Shown: one piece after another, positions 47,858-57,296 of the stretch
Numbering within the stretch: position 1 is the first letter of the stretch
How the letters are laid out: each line of letters begins with the position of its first letter
From: Spirochaetia bacterium
GTDB taxonomy: Bacteria > Spirochaetota > Spirochaetia > SZUA-6 > Bin103
Direction of reading: 5' to 3'
DNA length: 64,000 nt
Assembly (NCBI GenBank): GCA_965203905.1
Contig: CBDBDQ010000005.1
Location: 896,001 to 960,000, forward strand
Program-made: the position numbers and the translations under genes
The notes under the pieces: generated by a model
The model's input: only the letters and a program-made list of their open reading frames with translations
Database searches by the model: none
What the model was told of the DNA's origin: nothing

Positions 47858-48619
47858 ATGTCGGCACGGCTTGCAGGGAAGGTGGCGATCATAACCGGCG
47901 CTACGGGCGGCATCGGCCGCGTGGCAGGAGAGCTGTTCGCCGCGGAAGGCGCGCGCCTGCTGCTGGTCGATCTGGAGGAGACGGCGCTGCAGCAGACCGC
48001 GGCCGCGATCGGCCATGCCGCCAGCTACGCGGTGGCGGACGTCACCGATCCGGCGCAGACGGAGGCGTACGTGGCGACCGCGCTCCAGCGCTACGGCAAG
48101 GTGGACCTGTTCCTCAACAATGCCGGCATCGAGGGCGACGTGGCGCCGATCACCGATTACGACATCGCCACCTTCGACCGGGTGATGGCGGTCAACGTGC
48201 GCGGCGTCTGGCTGGGCCTGAAGTACGTGATGGCGGCGATGCGCGAACGTGGCGGCAGCATCGTCATCACCTCGTCGATCGCCGGGCTGGTCGGCACCAC
48301 CGGCATGTCCGCCTACCACGGGAGCAAGCACGCGGTGATCGGCCTGATGCGCTGCGCGGCGATCGAAGGCGGACCGCACGGCATCCGGGTGAACACGGTC
48401 AACCCCGGCCCCACCGAGACCCGCATGATGCGCTCGATCGAGGATATGAACGTGCCGGGCCGCGGCGAGAAGTTCAAGCAACGGCTGACCAGGGGCACGC
48501 TGGACGGGCGCTACGGCGAACCGGAGGAGGTGGCGCGGATGATGCTGTTCCTGTGCAGCGACGAGAGCGCCCACTGCACCGGCGGCGTATTCGTGGTCGA
48601 CGGCGGCCTGACCCTGTAG
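47858..48619 (+). CDS. Short-chain dehydrogenase/reductase
   Basis: TGATGGIG, NNAG, SSIAG, YHGSK, VNPGPTET, VDGG. Confidence 0.93.
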   Translation: MSARLAGKVAIITGATGGIGRVAGELFAAEGARLLLVDLEETALQQTAAAIGHAASYAVADVTDPAQTEAYVATALQRYGKVDLFLNNAGIEGDVAPITDYDIATFDRVMAVNVRGVWLGLKYVMAAMRERGGSIVITSSIAGLVGTTGMSAYHGSKHAVIGLMRCAAIEGGPHGIRVNTVNPGPTETRMMRSIEDMNVPGRGEKFKQRLTRGTLDGRYGEPEEVARMMLFLCSDESAHCTGGVFVVDGGLTL

Positions 48620-48667
48620 CCGATCCGACGTGCCGCGTCTCCGAGTGGAATTATGTTAGCAAGCATT

Positions 48668-48906
48668 ATGTCGATTGATCATCAAACGACCGGTCCGGTC
48701 AGGCTCAACCACTTTCTGCAGCGGCACGCGGTGTTCACGGTGGACGAGCTGGACCGGTTTCTGTCCGACCGGGGGTCACGCAACACGAGTACGCGCAGTT
48801 CGCTGTTGGCCTACCACCGCAAGCAGGGTCGCATCCTCCACGTGCGGCGCGGCCTGTATGCGACCGTGCCCTGGGGCATGGACCCGGCCTCCATGACGGT
48901 CGATCC
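48668..48906 (+). pseudogene. Near-identical duplicate of abiEi 5' end (source 41779-42017)
   Basis: MSIDHQTTGPVRLNHFLQRHAVFTVDELDRF...MTVDP, then junction. Confidence 0.92.
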
Positions 48907-49064
48907 GTCAACGCAACCCACGCCACATCGCCAGCCGCGGCGCCATCTCCAAAGGTACTGGCGCCCCCCACAGCTCAGCATCGTGCCCCAGCTCGGCAGG
49001 TCCGGCCGCAACCCGAACCCCAGAAAGCTCAAAGACGCCTCCGCGATAATCGCCCACCCGATCG
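48906..49064 (-). repeat. Diverged internal dppC-like fragment (cf. 49931-50088 and 43946-44102)
   Basis: gccacatcgccagccgcggcgccatctcca...cagaaagctcaa.gacgcctccgcgat. Confidence 0.88.
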
Positions 49065-49171
49065 GGCCGGAAGGGCTGGCACATCCCACCCCTGCATGTA
49101 GTTCTCGGCGATGGCGTCGAAAAGCAATCAATTGACATCAGGTTGCGCACGGGTTGATATATGATAGCGCG

Positions 49172-49402
49172 ATGGATAAGAGGCGGATATACCACTCCGA
49201 TCCGGAAATAATGGGAGGCGTGTCCGTGTTTACCGGCACGCGGGTTCCCGTGGACAGTCTGATAGCGCACCTGAAGGCAGGGGACTCTCTTGAGCAATTC
49301 CTCGAGGGGTTCCCGAGCGTGAGTCGTGAACAGGCTGAGGGATTCCTCGAATACGCCCTTTCGGAAGCGCTCGAGTCCACACCCCGAGAGCACGCGCACT
49401 GA
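49172..49402 (+). CDS. DUF433 antitoxin
   Basis: SDPEIMGGVSVFTGTRVPV...GDSLEQFLEGFPSVSREQA; TATGAT 6 nt upstream of ATG suggests a leaderless transcript. Confidence 0.92.
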   Translation: MDKRRIYHSDPEIMGGVSVFTGTRVPVDSLIAHLKAGDSLEQFLEGFPSVSREQAEGFLEYALSEALESTPREHAH

Positions 49403-49410
49403 TCCGCGTC

Positions 49411-49728
49411 TTGCTGGATGAACACCTCGACTGGCGTCTGGCACGCTCTTTCGACCATGCACACGAGGTTCGTTCCGTCCGTGGGATGGGCTGGTCGGGG
49501 ATGCGCAACGGGGAATTGCTGGCCGTGGCGGAGGACCAGTTCGACGTGCTCATAACGATGGATCAGAACATGCAGCACCAGCAACACTTGCCCCGGTATG
49601 ATCTGGCAGTGATTCTCCTTTCATCAGTGAGCAATCGGCTGCAGGATACCGCGAGGATGGTTCCGTCGATCGAGAGAGTGCTGTCTGCCGGGATCGAGCC
49701 GGGAAATCTGTATCTGGTAGTCGATTGA
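49411..49728 (+). CDS. DUF5615 PIN-like toxin
   Basis: (IRV)LLDEHL, GWSGMRNGELL, FDVLITMDQN; true start may be non-canonical at 49399/49402. Confidence 0.85.
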   Translation: MLDEHLDWRLARSFDHAHEVRSVRGMGWSGMRNGELLAVAEDQFDVLITMDQNMQHQQHLPRYDLAVILLSSVSNRLQDTARMVPSIERVLSAGIEPGNLYLVVD

Positions 49729-49777
49729 GCCGGTCCATCCGCAGTCTCCGAGCGGCAAACCGCGCCTGCTGTGCTGC

Positions 49778-50746
49778 TCAGCGGGATCGTTCCAGCTTCT
49801 GCAGGGCCTTCGTGGCGCGCTCGGCGGCGCGGGCGCCTACTCCGCCGGCCACCCCGCCGCCGCCGCGCAGGCGCGGGTCGAGCAGGTCGCGCAGCGCGTC
49901 GCCCACCATGTTCAGGCAGTACACCACCAGCGTCAGCGCCACCCCCGGCCAGATCGCCAGCCGCGGCGCCATCTCCATGTACTGCCGCCCCTCACGGCTC
50001 AGCATCGTGCCCCAGCTCGGCACGTCCGGCGGCAGCCCGAAGCCCAGAAAGCTCAACGACGCCTCCGCCATGATCGCCCACCCGATCGTGAGCGAGTAGA
50101 TGATGATGATCGGCGCCGTGATGTTGGGCCACACGTGGCGCAGCAGCGTCCGCCACGACGAGCTGCCGATCGCATGCGCCGCCTCGAAGTAGGCGTTGCC
50201 CTTGATGCCGATCACCGCGCCGCGCACCACCCGCGAGTTGGCCACCCCGGAGGCCAGCGCCAGCATGCCGATGATCTGCGGGATGCCCTGGCCGACGATG
50301 GTCATTATGGTCAACAGCAGCAGCAGACCGGGAAACGACATCCAGGCGTCCACCAGGCGCTGCACGGCCAAGTCCAGCTTGCCGCCCACGAACCCCGCCA
50401 CCCCGCCGATCAGCAGCGACACGACCACGCTCAGAGTGGTGGCGGCGAACCCCACCCCGAGCGACACCCGCGCCCCGTACAGCAGGCGGCTGAACAGGTC
50501 GCGGCCGATGTGGTCGGTGCCCAGCGGGTAGGTGCTCGACGGCCCCTTGAGCCGGTCGATCATGGTCATGTCCATGAAGTGGAACGGCGCCAGCAGGTCG
50601 GCGAAGATCGCCACCAGGCACAGCAGCAGCACGATCGCGCCGCTGACCGCGCCCACCGGCCGCTCCCGGATCAGCCGGCGCAGCAGGTCGCGCAGGAACG
50701 ACTGGCCCTGCGCCCCCTTCACTTGCGGCGCGGTCACCTCACCCAC
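49778..50746 (-). CDS. Peptide/nickel ABC transporter permease (DppC-like)
   Basis: LGTDHIGRD, YFEAAHAIG, AEASLSFLGFG, GDALRDLLDPR. Confidence 0.93.
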   Translation of the reverse strand: MGEVTAPQVKGAQGQSFLRDLLRRLIRERPVGAVSGAIVLLLCLVAIFADLLAPFHFMDMTMIDRLKGPSSTYPLGTDHIGRDLFSRLLYGARVSLGVGFAATTLSVVVSLLIGGVAGFVGGKLDLAVQRLVDAWMSFPGLLLLLTIMTIVGQGIPQIIGMLALASGVANSRVVRGAVIGIKGNAYFEAAHAIGSSSWRTLLRHVWPNITAPIIIIYSLTIGWAIMAEASLSFLGFGLPPDVPSWGTMLSREGRQYMEMAPRLAIWPGVALTLVVYCLNMVGDALRDLLDPRLRGGGGVAGGVGARAAERATKALQKLERSR

Positions 50747-50756
50747 TACCGATCCC

Positions 50757-51722
50757 TTACTTGTACTGAACGCGCGGGTCCAGGTAGGCGTAGAGGATGT
50801 CGATGAGCAGGTTGATCGTCATCACCGCGAAGGCAAAGAAGAGGTTGATCCCGGATATCAGCGGGTAGTCGCGATCGTTGAGTGCGTCGATCATCAGCCG
50901 CCCGAGGCCCGGTATGGCGAACATCTGCTCCATGATGACCGAGCCGCCGACGATGATCGGTATCTGCATTCCTACCAGCGTCACCACCGGAATGAGCGCG
51001 CTCTTGATGACGTGCCGGAAGATGACCACACGCTCTTTGAGGCCCTTGGCCCAGGCGGTGCGAATGTAGTCCTGTCTGAGCACCTCCAGCATCATGGTGC
51101 GGGTCATGCGCATGGTGCTGGCGGCCAGGTAGGTACCGAGGATCAGACCTGGCACGATGAACATGGCGAAGTGGCGTACCGGGTCGTCGGCCACGCGCAC
51201 CAGCCGCAGCGGCGGCGACCACGCCCACCAGATTCCGGGAAAAATGAGGATGATGGTGGCCAGCCAGAAGTTGGGCGTAGCCAGTCCGAAGATGGCGAAG
51301 GAGCGACCAACGTAGTCGCCCACGGTGTCCTGCCGCACCGCCGAGTAGATCCCAATCGGCACCCCTATCAGCACACCCACGATGACCGACACCAAACCGA
51401 GCTCGATGGTGGTTGGCAGCCGGCCGATGATCAGCTCTCCAACCGGTTTGGCCCGCAGCAGCGGCTTGCCGAGATCGCCGCGCAGCAGTATCCCACCGAT
51501 CCAGCGGCCGTATTGCACGTACACCGGCACGTCCAGCCCCAGCCTGCGCTCAAGCTCCGCCCGGTCGATGGAGCTGGCGCCACCCGACGACTCCATCATC
51601 GTGTGCATGAGGAGGTCGACGGCGTCACCGGGTATGAACCGCACCGAGAGGAACACCAGAATCGTGACCAGGAAGAAGGTCGGGATCAGGAGAAGGACAC
51701 GGCGGATAATGTACGATCTCAT
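50757..51722 (-). CDS. Peptide/nickel ABC transporter permease (DppB-like)
   Basis: YIIRR, PGD, QDYIRTAWAKGL, PGLGR, YAYLDPR. Confidence 0.93.
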   Translation of the reverse strand: MRSYIIRRVLLLIPTFFLVTILVFLSVRFIPGDAVDLLMHTMMESSGGASSIDRAELERRLGLDVPVYVQYGRWIGGILLRGDLGKPLLRAKPVGELIIGRLPTTIELGLVSVIVGVLIGVPIGIYSAVRQDTVGDYVGRSFAIFGLATPNFWLATIILIFPGIWWAWSPPLRLVRVADDPVRHFAMFIVPGLILGTYLAASTMRMTRTMMLEVLRQDYIRTAWAKGLKERVVIFRHVIKSALIPVVTLVGMQIPIIVGGSVIMEQMFAIPGLGRLMIDALNDRDYPLISGINLFFAFAVMTINLLIDILYAYLDPRVQYK

Positions 51723-51791
51723 CTCCGTCGGAGAAACCTCCCGGCCTGCGGCGCCGGGCGGCTGGACAATTGGGAGGTCTCAATAGGCTGC

Positions 51792-51820
51792 CCGGAGGGC
51801 TACATCGCGCAGCCCTCCGG
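51792..51820. other. Perfect 10-bp stem-loop after binding-protein gene (mRNA stabiliser/attenuator)
   Basis: ccggagggct-9nt-agccctccgg. Confidence 0.6.
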
Positions 51821-51830
51821 ACGATTCATC

Positions 51831-53627
51831 TCAGAAGCCCATCTCGCGCTTCAGATCCTGGTCGACCCAGAGGTACTGGAAGATGGTGCTGCGCTGATGC
51901 CCACCGAGTTCGTTTTCCCCGTTGTAGCCCTTGATCCACGGCTGGGTGGCACCGAACAGGGGAGCTATGGGCCCCCTGATGGTCCACTGCTGCTCGATGA
52001 GGCGCATGTCGGCCTTCCGCATCCACTCCTTCTGCTCCTCTATGGTAGTAGCGGCCGCTGCGTTCTCGTAGTACTCGTCAAACAAGGCGTCGTTGACATT
52101 TTGGGGGCGCCATCCGTTTAGCGACCAGTAACTCGCGAGCGAGCCCATGACACTGGGATGCGCCATGCCCCATACATCCGAGCGCATACCGAGCATTGTT
52201 TGCGTCTGGGCCTTCTGAACCATGTCCGCTAGGTTTACGATCTGGATCTCGACGTCGATGCCAATCTGCCTGAGGTAATCCATGGCGATCTGGTAGTAGC
52301 CGAGGTCGAAGAACTCAAAGTGCTCGTAGATGGTTTTGAAGCGAACCCCGTCCGCGCCGCGCGGATAGCCGGCCTCGTCCAGCAGCTTTTCCGCCGCCTC
52401 GGGGTCATACCGATAGTACTGTTTGACGTCCTCGGGCCACTCCTCATACGGCATGAAATACCCGAGCACCGCTTTGCCAACACCGCCGACCAGGCTCGCG
52501 TCGCCCCAACCCTGCATGTAGTTCTCGGCGATGGACTCCTGGTCGATGGCCATGCTGAGGGCCTGGCGCACCCGGATATCGTCGAAGGGCGGTTTCTGGT
52601 TGTCGAAATTGAACGCCGTCTCCGCACGATAGGCAAACGGATGGAGCACCAGGTCGGGACTGGTTTTCTGTAGATTCACCGCCTGGTCGACACTGGTGAG
52701 TTGCGAGTTCATCCCGAACCCAATCCAATCCGCCTGACCTGAGCGCATCAAGGACAGTATCGCCGCCGGGTCGTTGACGATCGCGTACTCGACCTGGTCG
52801 GCGTAGGGCAACCGGTTGTCGGGATACTTCGGGTCGTTGCCCCAGTAGTTATCGTTCTTGGTAAAGGTCCACGAGCTTCCCTCCACCACGTCGGTTAGCT
52901 GATAGGGCCCCGTTCCGGTCACGTTGCGCCAGTCTTGAATGTCACCGAATTGCTCGACCACGTCGCGGGCGACCACGTACGATAGCTGCTCGCTGAGTAT
53001 ACTCTTCAGGGCGATGAGAGTGGGCTTGCTCAACTTGAATTCCACGGTGAAATCGTCGGTAGCGGTAATCGACTCCCATTTGATTCTCCCCGCGTCAAAT
53101 TGCCCTATAATCGGGCTCGGCTCGCCACCGCTGAGTCCCAGGACCCGGTGAAAAGTGTACTCGACATCGTGCGCGGTCAGCTGGCGGCCGTTCACCGGCG
53201 CCTTGTCGTGCCAGAAGACACCGTCGCGGATCTTGAACACGTAGGTGAGAGGATCCGGGGTCTCCCAGCTCTCAGCTAACTGCCCGGTTAGGGCCTCCTC
53301 GGGCAGGTACAGCGTGTCAAAGCCGACGACGCTCCGGTCGGCTGCCCAGTCCGCGATGCCCAACTTCTCGTTGACCAGCCCGATCCAGAGTCCCGCAGTA
53401 CCCGAGAAATAGGGATCGATCCCCCGCTCCTCCCAATTCGAGATCGGTCTGATCGTGCCGCCATACTCCGGCGCGGTGACCATCTCGCCGGTGCTCGGGT
53501 CGAGCACCATCTCCTTCTCCATCGCCGCGGCCGACTCCTCTTCTGCCGCCGCCGCCCAGAGGCCGGTTGCAGCCAGTGCGAACACGAGCACAAACACCAA
53601 GGTGTGTGCAATTCCTGGAAGATTCAT
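51831..53627 (-). CDS. Peptide ABC transporter substrate-binding protein (family 5)
   Basis: Signal peptide from MNLPG (53627, GGAG RBS); LAESWE, FKIRDGVFWH, GTGPY, PFDDIRVRQALSMAID. Confidence 0.92.
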   Translation of the reverse strand: MNLPGIAHTLVFVLVFALAATGLWAAAAEEESAAAMEKEMVLDPSTGEMVTAPEYGGTIRPISNWEERGIDPYFSGTAGLWIGLVNEKLGIADWAADRSVVGFDTLYLPEEALTGQLAESWETPDPLTYVFKIRDGVFWHDKAPVNGRQLTAHDVEYTFHRVLGLSGGEPSPIIGQFDAGRIKWESITATDDFTVEFKLSKPTLIALKSILSEQLSYVVARDVVEQFGDIQDWRNVTGTGPYQLTDVVEGSSWTFTKNDNYWGNDPKYPDNRLPYADQVEYAIVNDPAAILSLMRSGQADWIGFGMNSQLTSVDQAVNLQKTSPDLVLHPFAYRAETAFNFDNQKPPFDDIRVRQALSMAIDQESIAENYMQGWGDASLVGGVGKAVLGYFMPYEEWPEDVKQYYRYDPEAAEKLLDEAGYPRGADGVRFKTIYEHFEFFDLGYYQIAMDYLRQIGIDVEIQIVNLADMVQKAQTQTMLGMRSDVWGMAHPSVMGSLASYWSLNGWRPQNVNDALFDEYYENAAAATTIEEQKEWMRKADMRLIEQQWTIRGPIAPLFGATQPWIKGYNGENELGGHQRSTIFQYLWVDQDLKREMGF

Positions 53628-54140
53628 ATTCTCTCTCCAGATTCTGAGAGTGCTTCCCGGGCGAGTTGCCGTTCCCTGTCCACTCTCACGCCCGCAAACG
53701 TAGGCGGCCAAACAGAGAGGGCAATCTCTGGTGGTCACGCGCGCGGCATGAGCGTCATGAACTCAGGCCGCGCGCGTGGTGCGGTTCTTTGAGTATCAGC
53801 TTGCACCTCCCAGTTGCGCGGATTTCCGGAGTTCGACGCCGAGCGCGCGGCCGCGAGGCACACGCAGGGCGGCGGCTGACTCGGTAGTTGACGGAGTGGT
53901 CTGGTATGTGACGGAGTGATGCCGAAGGCGCCGGGCGGGCGTACCCGGAGGTGCGGCGCACGCCGCCCGGTCGGTGGAAACGTGGAACGGTTATTTCTCG
54001 GATGGATGGGAAGTTAGGTGTATCGCCTACCCGGGGGTACAGGGGGGGGTAGTCGAGCGCGCCGGTTGCACCATCTTCAGCCGGCCGCCGCGCTGAAGTG
54101 GTTGTTTAACGGTGCACATGTGTTCACATCCCACTCGACA

Positions 54141-54169
54141 AGTGTCACACACGTGTGGCCACCTGTCAA
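54141..54169 (-). promoter_or_regulatory. Putative sigma70 promoter with palindrome in spacer
   Basis: Minus strand TTGACA-17nt-GACACT with TGn extension; perfect palindrome CACACGTGTG inside the spacer. Confidence 0.45.
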
Positions 54170-54491
54170 TACGACGGACGGATCGGATCGGATCGGACGG
54201 ATGGCGGATTGTGGCGGGTCCTGACGGGAACGAACGGCGTGCTGCGCATACCACAGGCCACGGTCGAGCGCTGGGGACCACGCGCAGTTACTTCGCCGAG
54301 CCATAGGCCGCCATCTGGTACGAGTGGTGGTTGCCGGCAAGAGAGGAGCCTCCCGCCGCACCCCGCGCGGACGCGGAGCAAATGCTTAGGCCTCGCCACT
54401 CCGCGCTTGCCCTGTGTGGATGTCGGGCGACCGATACGAGCGCCGCTGAGGACGATGGATATGCGCCGGAGACTGCTCTGGCGCGGCCGGG

Positions 54492-55065
54492 CTACGAGCC
54501 GCAGCGATCCATGCGCGCAAGGAATTCGGCAGTCGTGGCGCAGTCCACGATCTACTCCCCGGTCTCGGCGAGACGATCCGCGTCCGTCACTTCAGCAACC
54601 ACCGTCGCCAGCCGCTCCGCCGCCGCTGGGCCGAACCGCCGCTCCGCCAAGCGGCGCAACAACGCCTTCTGCCGCTCGATACCCTGCTCCAGGATTTCCG
54701 CTCCCCAGCGATCAATCTTTTCCGCCAACACTGCACTCGCCTCCTCGTACTCGCGGATCGATGGCAACTCCACGCCCCACTTCCGCCCCAGGGCGGCGAG
54801 CCACAGGTCAAAGGTCCTCGTCAGCCCCGGCTCGCCAGCCTCGGCGAGCCACTCGCCCAACTCCCTCACCCGCTCCGGCAGAGCCCCGGCCTGCACGCTC
54901 TGCTCCAATTCCGCCACCCACCGTAGCAGGTTCGACCGTGGCAGATCATCCCTCCTCACCGCCACCAGATCAAGCACCTCGTAACTCAGCGCGAGATGCG
55001 CGGCACCGTCCTGCTCCGTCCGCTCCACCAGCCCGGCGAGCGTCACCGGCGCGTCCCACCGGCTG
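54492..55065 (-). pseudogene. C-terminal part of Rpn/YhgA-like (DUF4351-type tail) protein with internal TAG
   Basis: RWDAPVTL...LEQ...LAEKIDRW...EQGIERQKALLRRLAERRFG...GE*IVDCATTAEFLAR; nuclease N-terminus absent. Confidence 0.72.
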
Positions 55066-55076
55066 TCTCCAATCGG

Positions 55077-56094
55077 GTGGAATTCGTAGATCGGCACGAC
55101 GAGCTGCGCCGCCTTGATCGGGCGTTGCGGCAGCCGGGCGCGTTTGCGGTGATCTGGGGCCGGCGTCGCGTCGGCAAGTCGCGGCTGCTCATCGAGTGGT
55201 CGCGGCGGCGCGGCGGTCTGTATACGGTTGCCGATCAATCGGCATCCGCAATCCAGCGGAGATATCCCTTTGTGCGCTATGGGGCGGTTTGCCGCGGTAC
55301 TGGGAGCTCGCCCGGCCATACGGAGATGACCTGGCTACCGCGGTCGACGCGTTTGGTCCTCGATCCCGCCGGACCGTTGCATGACGAGCCGGATCGCCTG
55401 TTGCTGTCGGAGATGCCGCCTGCCACCGCGCTGCGTCCGATACTGGACGTGATCGGCGCCGGCGGGCACCGCATGAGCGAGATCGCCGGCCGACTCGGCC
55501 GGCCGGCCGCCAGCCTGTCGCGGCCGCTGGCGACGCTTGCGGCGATGGATTCGTACGCCGCGAGATCCCGTTCGGGAGCAATCCGGCGTCGGGGAAGCGC
55601 AGTCTCTACCGCATTGACGATCCATTCCTGAGACTGTGGTTCCGCGTCGTAGCTCCGCACCGGGCGGTCCTGGCGGAAGCGCCGCGCGACACGCGGCTGG
55701 CCTATTGGCACCGCTACCGGACCGGTCTGGAGGCGTATGCGTGGGAGGAGTTGTGCCGGTTGGCCGTGCCGATGCTCCACCTGGACGACTCGTCGCTGGC
55801 GCGGCTGGGTCCCTGGGAGCCGGCGCAACGTTACTGGCACGGCAATGCCCCGGAGTTCGACGTCGTGGCGCGTTCCGTCGACGGACAGCGGCTGCTGGTG
55901 GGCGAGGTGAAGTGGTCGGCGCGTGAGCGGGAGGTTCCCCGTGCCGGCCGGCCAGTCGGGATCGACGCCATACCCGGAACGAACCACCGCGAGGTCGTCA
56001 GCGCTGCGTCGTTCCCGCTGCATCGTCGAAGATGGATTCGGCCACCGGTGTGCACCTCGTTGACGCACGCACGATCATGAGCGTTCTCCGGTAA
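55077..56094 (+). pseudogene. Archaeal-type ATPase / DUF234 ATP-binding protein, deleted and frameshifted
   Basis: FVDRHDEL, WGRRRVGKS, GGLPRY, YRIDDPFLRLWF, EFDVV...GEVKW in different frames. Confidence 0.85.
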
Positions 56095-56194
56095 AGACCC
56101 TCCCAGCCTCCCGGCGCGTCGTCTCTTGAGGCAACGACCGTAGGGCTCGTGCGGCTCGTGTCGGTCAGCTTGGCAGTCTGGCCGTCCATATACC

Positions 56195-56224
56195 TTGACA
56201 AGGTATACCGCAGTCAGGTACATA
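56195..56224 (+). promoter_or_regulatory. higBA promoter/operator
   Basis: TTGACA at 56195; partial palindrome TACC-N7-GGTA; start codon at 56232. Confidence 0.45.
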
Positions 56225-56231
56225 TAGCTCG

Positions 56232-56522
56232 TTGGCGATCCAGAGCTTCTCTGATCCAGCGACAGAACAGTTCTTCATTGGCGGGCAGATAGGCAAAGCA
56301 GTCGGATGGCAAGCCGTTGCCCGTGTGGCTCGGCGGAAGTTGGACATGCTCCACTATGCAGCCGCCGTCGGTGACTTGCGATCGCCGCCCGGCAACACGC
56401 TCGAGGCGCTGAAAGGCGACTACGTCGGCTATCACAGCATGCGCATCAATGATCGCTGGCGAGTTGTCTTTCAGTGGAGTAAGGCAGGTCCGACAGATGT
56501 CCGAATTGTCGATTACCACTGA
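56232..56522 (+). CDS. higB: HigB (RelE/ParE family) toxin
   Basis: IQSFSD...ARRKLDML...DLRSPPGNTLEALKGD...SMRINDRWRVVF...IVDYH. Confidence 0.93.
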   Translation: MAIQSFSDPATEQFFIGGQIGKAVGWQAVARVARRKLDMLHYAAAVGDLRSPPGNTLEALKGDYVGYHSMRINDRWRVVFQWSKAGPTDVRIVDYH

Positions 56523-56538
56523 CGGTGACGGAGGGAAT

Positions 56539-56829
56539 ATGTTCGCGCTCGATAGAGAACCGACCGGTCCGGGAGAGATCCTCTCGGAAGAGTTTCTCCA
56601 GCCACTGAACATTACGCAGCGGCAACTCGCCGAACACCTAGGTTGTGATGTGAAGGTGATCAATCGGATCGTCAACGGACGCACGTCAATCAGTGCGGAA
56701 CTGGCCATCAGATTGGCGAGAGCCCTCAATACGTCGCCGGAGTTCTGGCTGAACGCTCAGCAAGCGGTCGACGTCTTCAGCGCACGGCGAAAGATCCGGG
56801 AACTGCCGGAACCGATACTCATGGATTGA
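56539..56829 (+). CDS. higA: HigA antitoxin
   Basis: PGEILSEEFLQPL...INRIVNG...ISAELAIRL...PEFWLNAQ. Confidence 0.93.
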   Translation: MFALDREPTGPGEILSEEFLQPLNITQRQLAEHLGCDVKVINRIVNGRTSISAELAIRLARALNTSPEFWLNAQQAVDVFSARRKIRELPEPILMD

Positions 56830-56876
56830 CCGGGCCAGAGTGGCAACCCTTGCGGCTCGGCAACTATCGTTCGCTC

Positions 56877-57296
56877 CTACAGGACCTCGAATCCTTCTTT
56901 TGCCGCCGCCTCCGACAAGCGCCGGTCGCTGCAGACCATCGCCAGGGTCTCCGGGTCGTCGCCGCAGGCAACCAGCGCCGCGGCAAGCTGCAGCGCGTCG
57001 GCCGCACGCAAGGGATGGACGCGTAACAGCCGGAGTGCGCGTTGCCGCACCCCCTCGGAGGGACGGATTTTCACCCAGCCGGCCGCCCCTCGGTTCAGCT
57101 TGGCGAGCGCCTGATTGAGCCCTCCGCCGTCGAGGTCGCCGTCCCGGTGGAGCCGATTCAGTGCCGACGCGCACTCGACCCAACTTCCCCACCAGGTGGC
57201 GATGTGGCGATCCTGGCGCTGCAGTTGCTCGCGCTGTTCGGTCTCCGCCTCCTGGACCACCAGGGGAACCAGCGCCGACGAATCCCAGTACCTCAC
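56877..57296 (-). CDS. vapC: VapC-family PIN toxin
   Basis: YWDSSALV, VECASA, LRAADALQLAAA, CSDRRL; GTGA overlap. Confidence 0.9.
   Translation of the reverse strand: MRYWDSSALVPLVVQEAETEQREQLQRQDRHIATWWGSWVECASALNRLHRDGDLDGGGLNQALAKLNRGAAGWVKIRPSEGVRQRALRLLRVHPLRAADALQLAAALVACGDDPETLAMVCSDRRLSEAAAKEGFEVL

Noticed and set aside
40297-49777. Integron cassette array or CRISPR explanation for the repeats
   Set aside because: No intI, no recurring attC-like palindromes, mixed gene orientations, and the repeats are gene fragments of unequal length with no regular spacers
43780-50100. Diversity-generating retroelement (template/variable repeat pair)
   Set aside because: No reverse transcriptase in the window, and differences are not adenine-specific and include indels
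54172-54204. Short tandem repeat (cggat)n
   Set aside because: Only about 3 perfect units; low-complexity and no evidence of function
54492-55065. Calling the Rpn/YhgA-like remnant an active transposase responsible for the mosaic
   Set aside because: Catalytic N-terminus is missing, there are no terminal repeats, and the family is not a proven transposase
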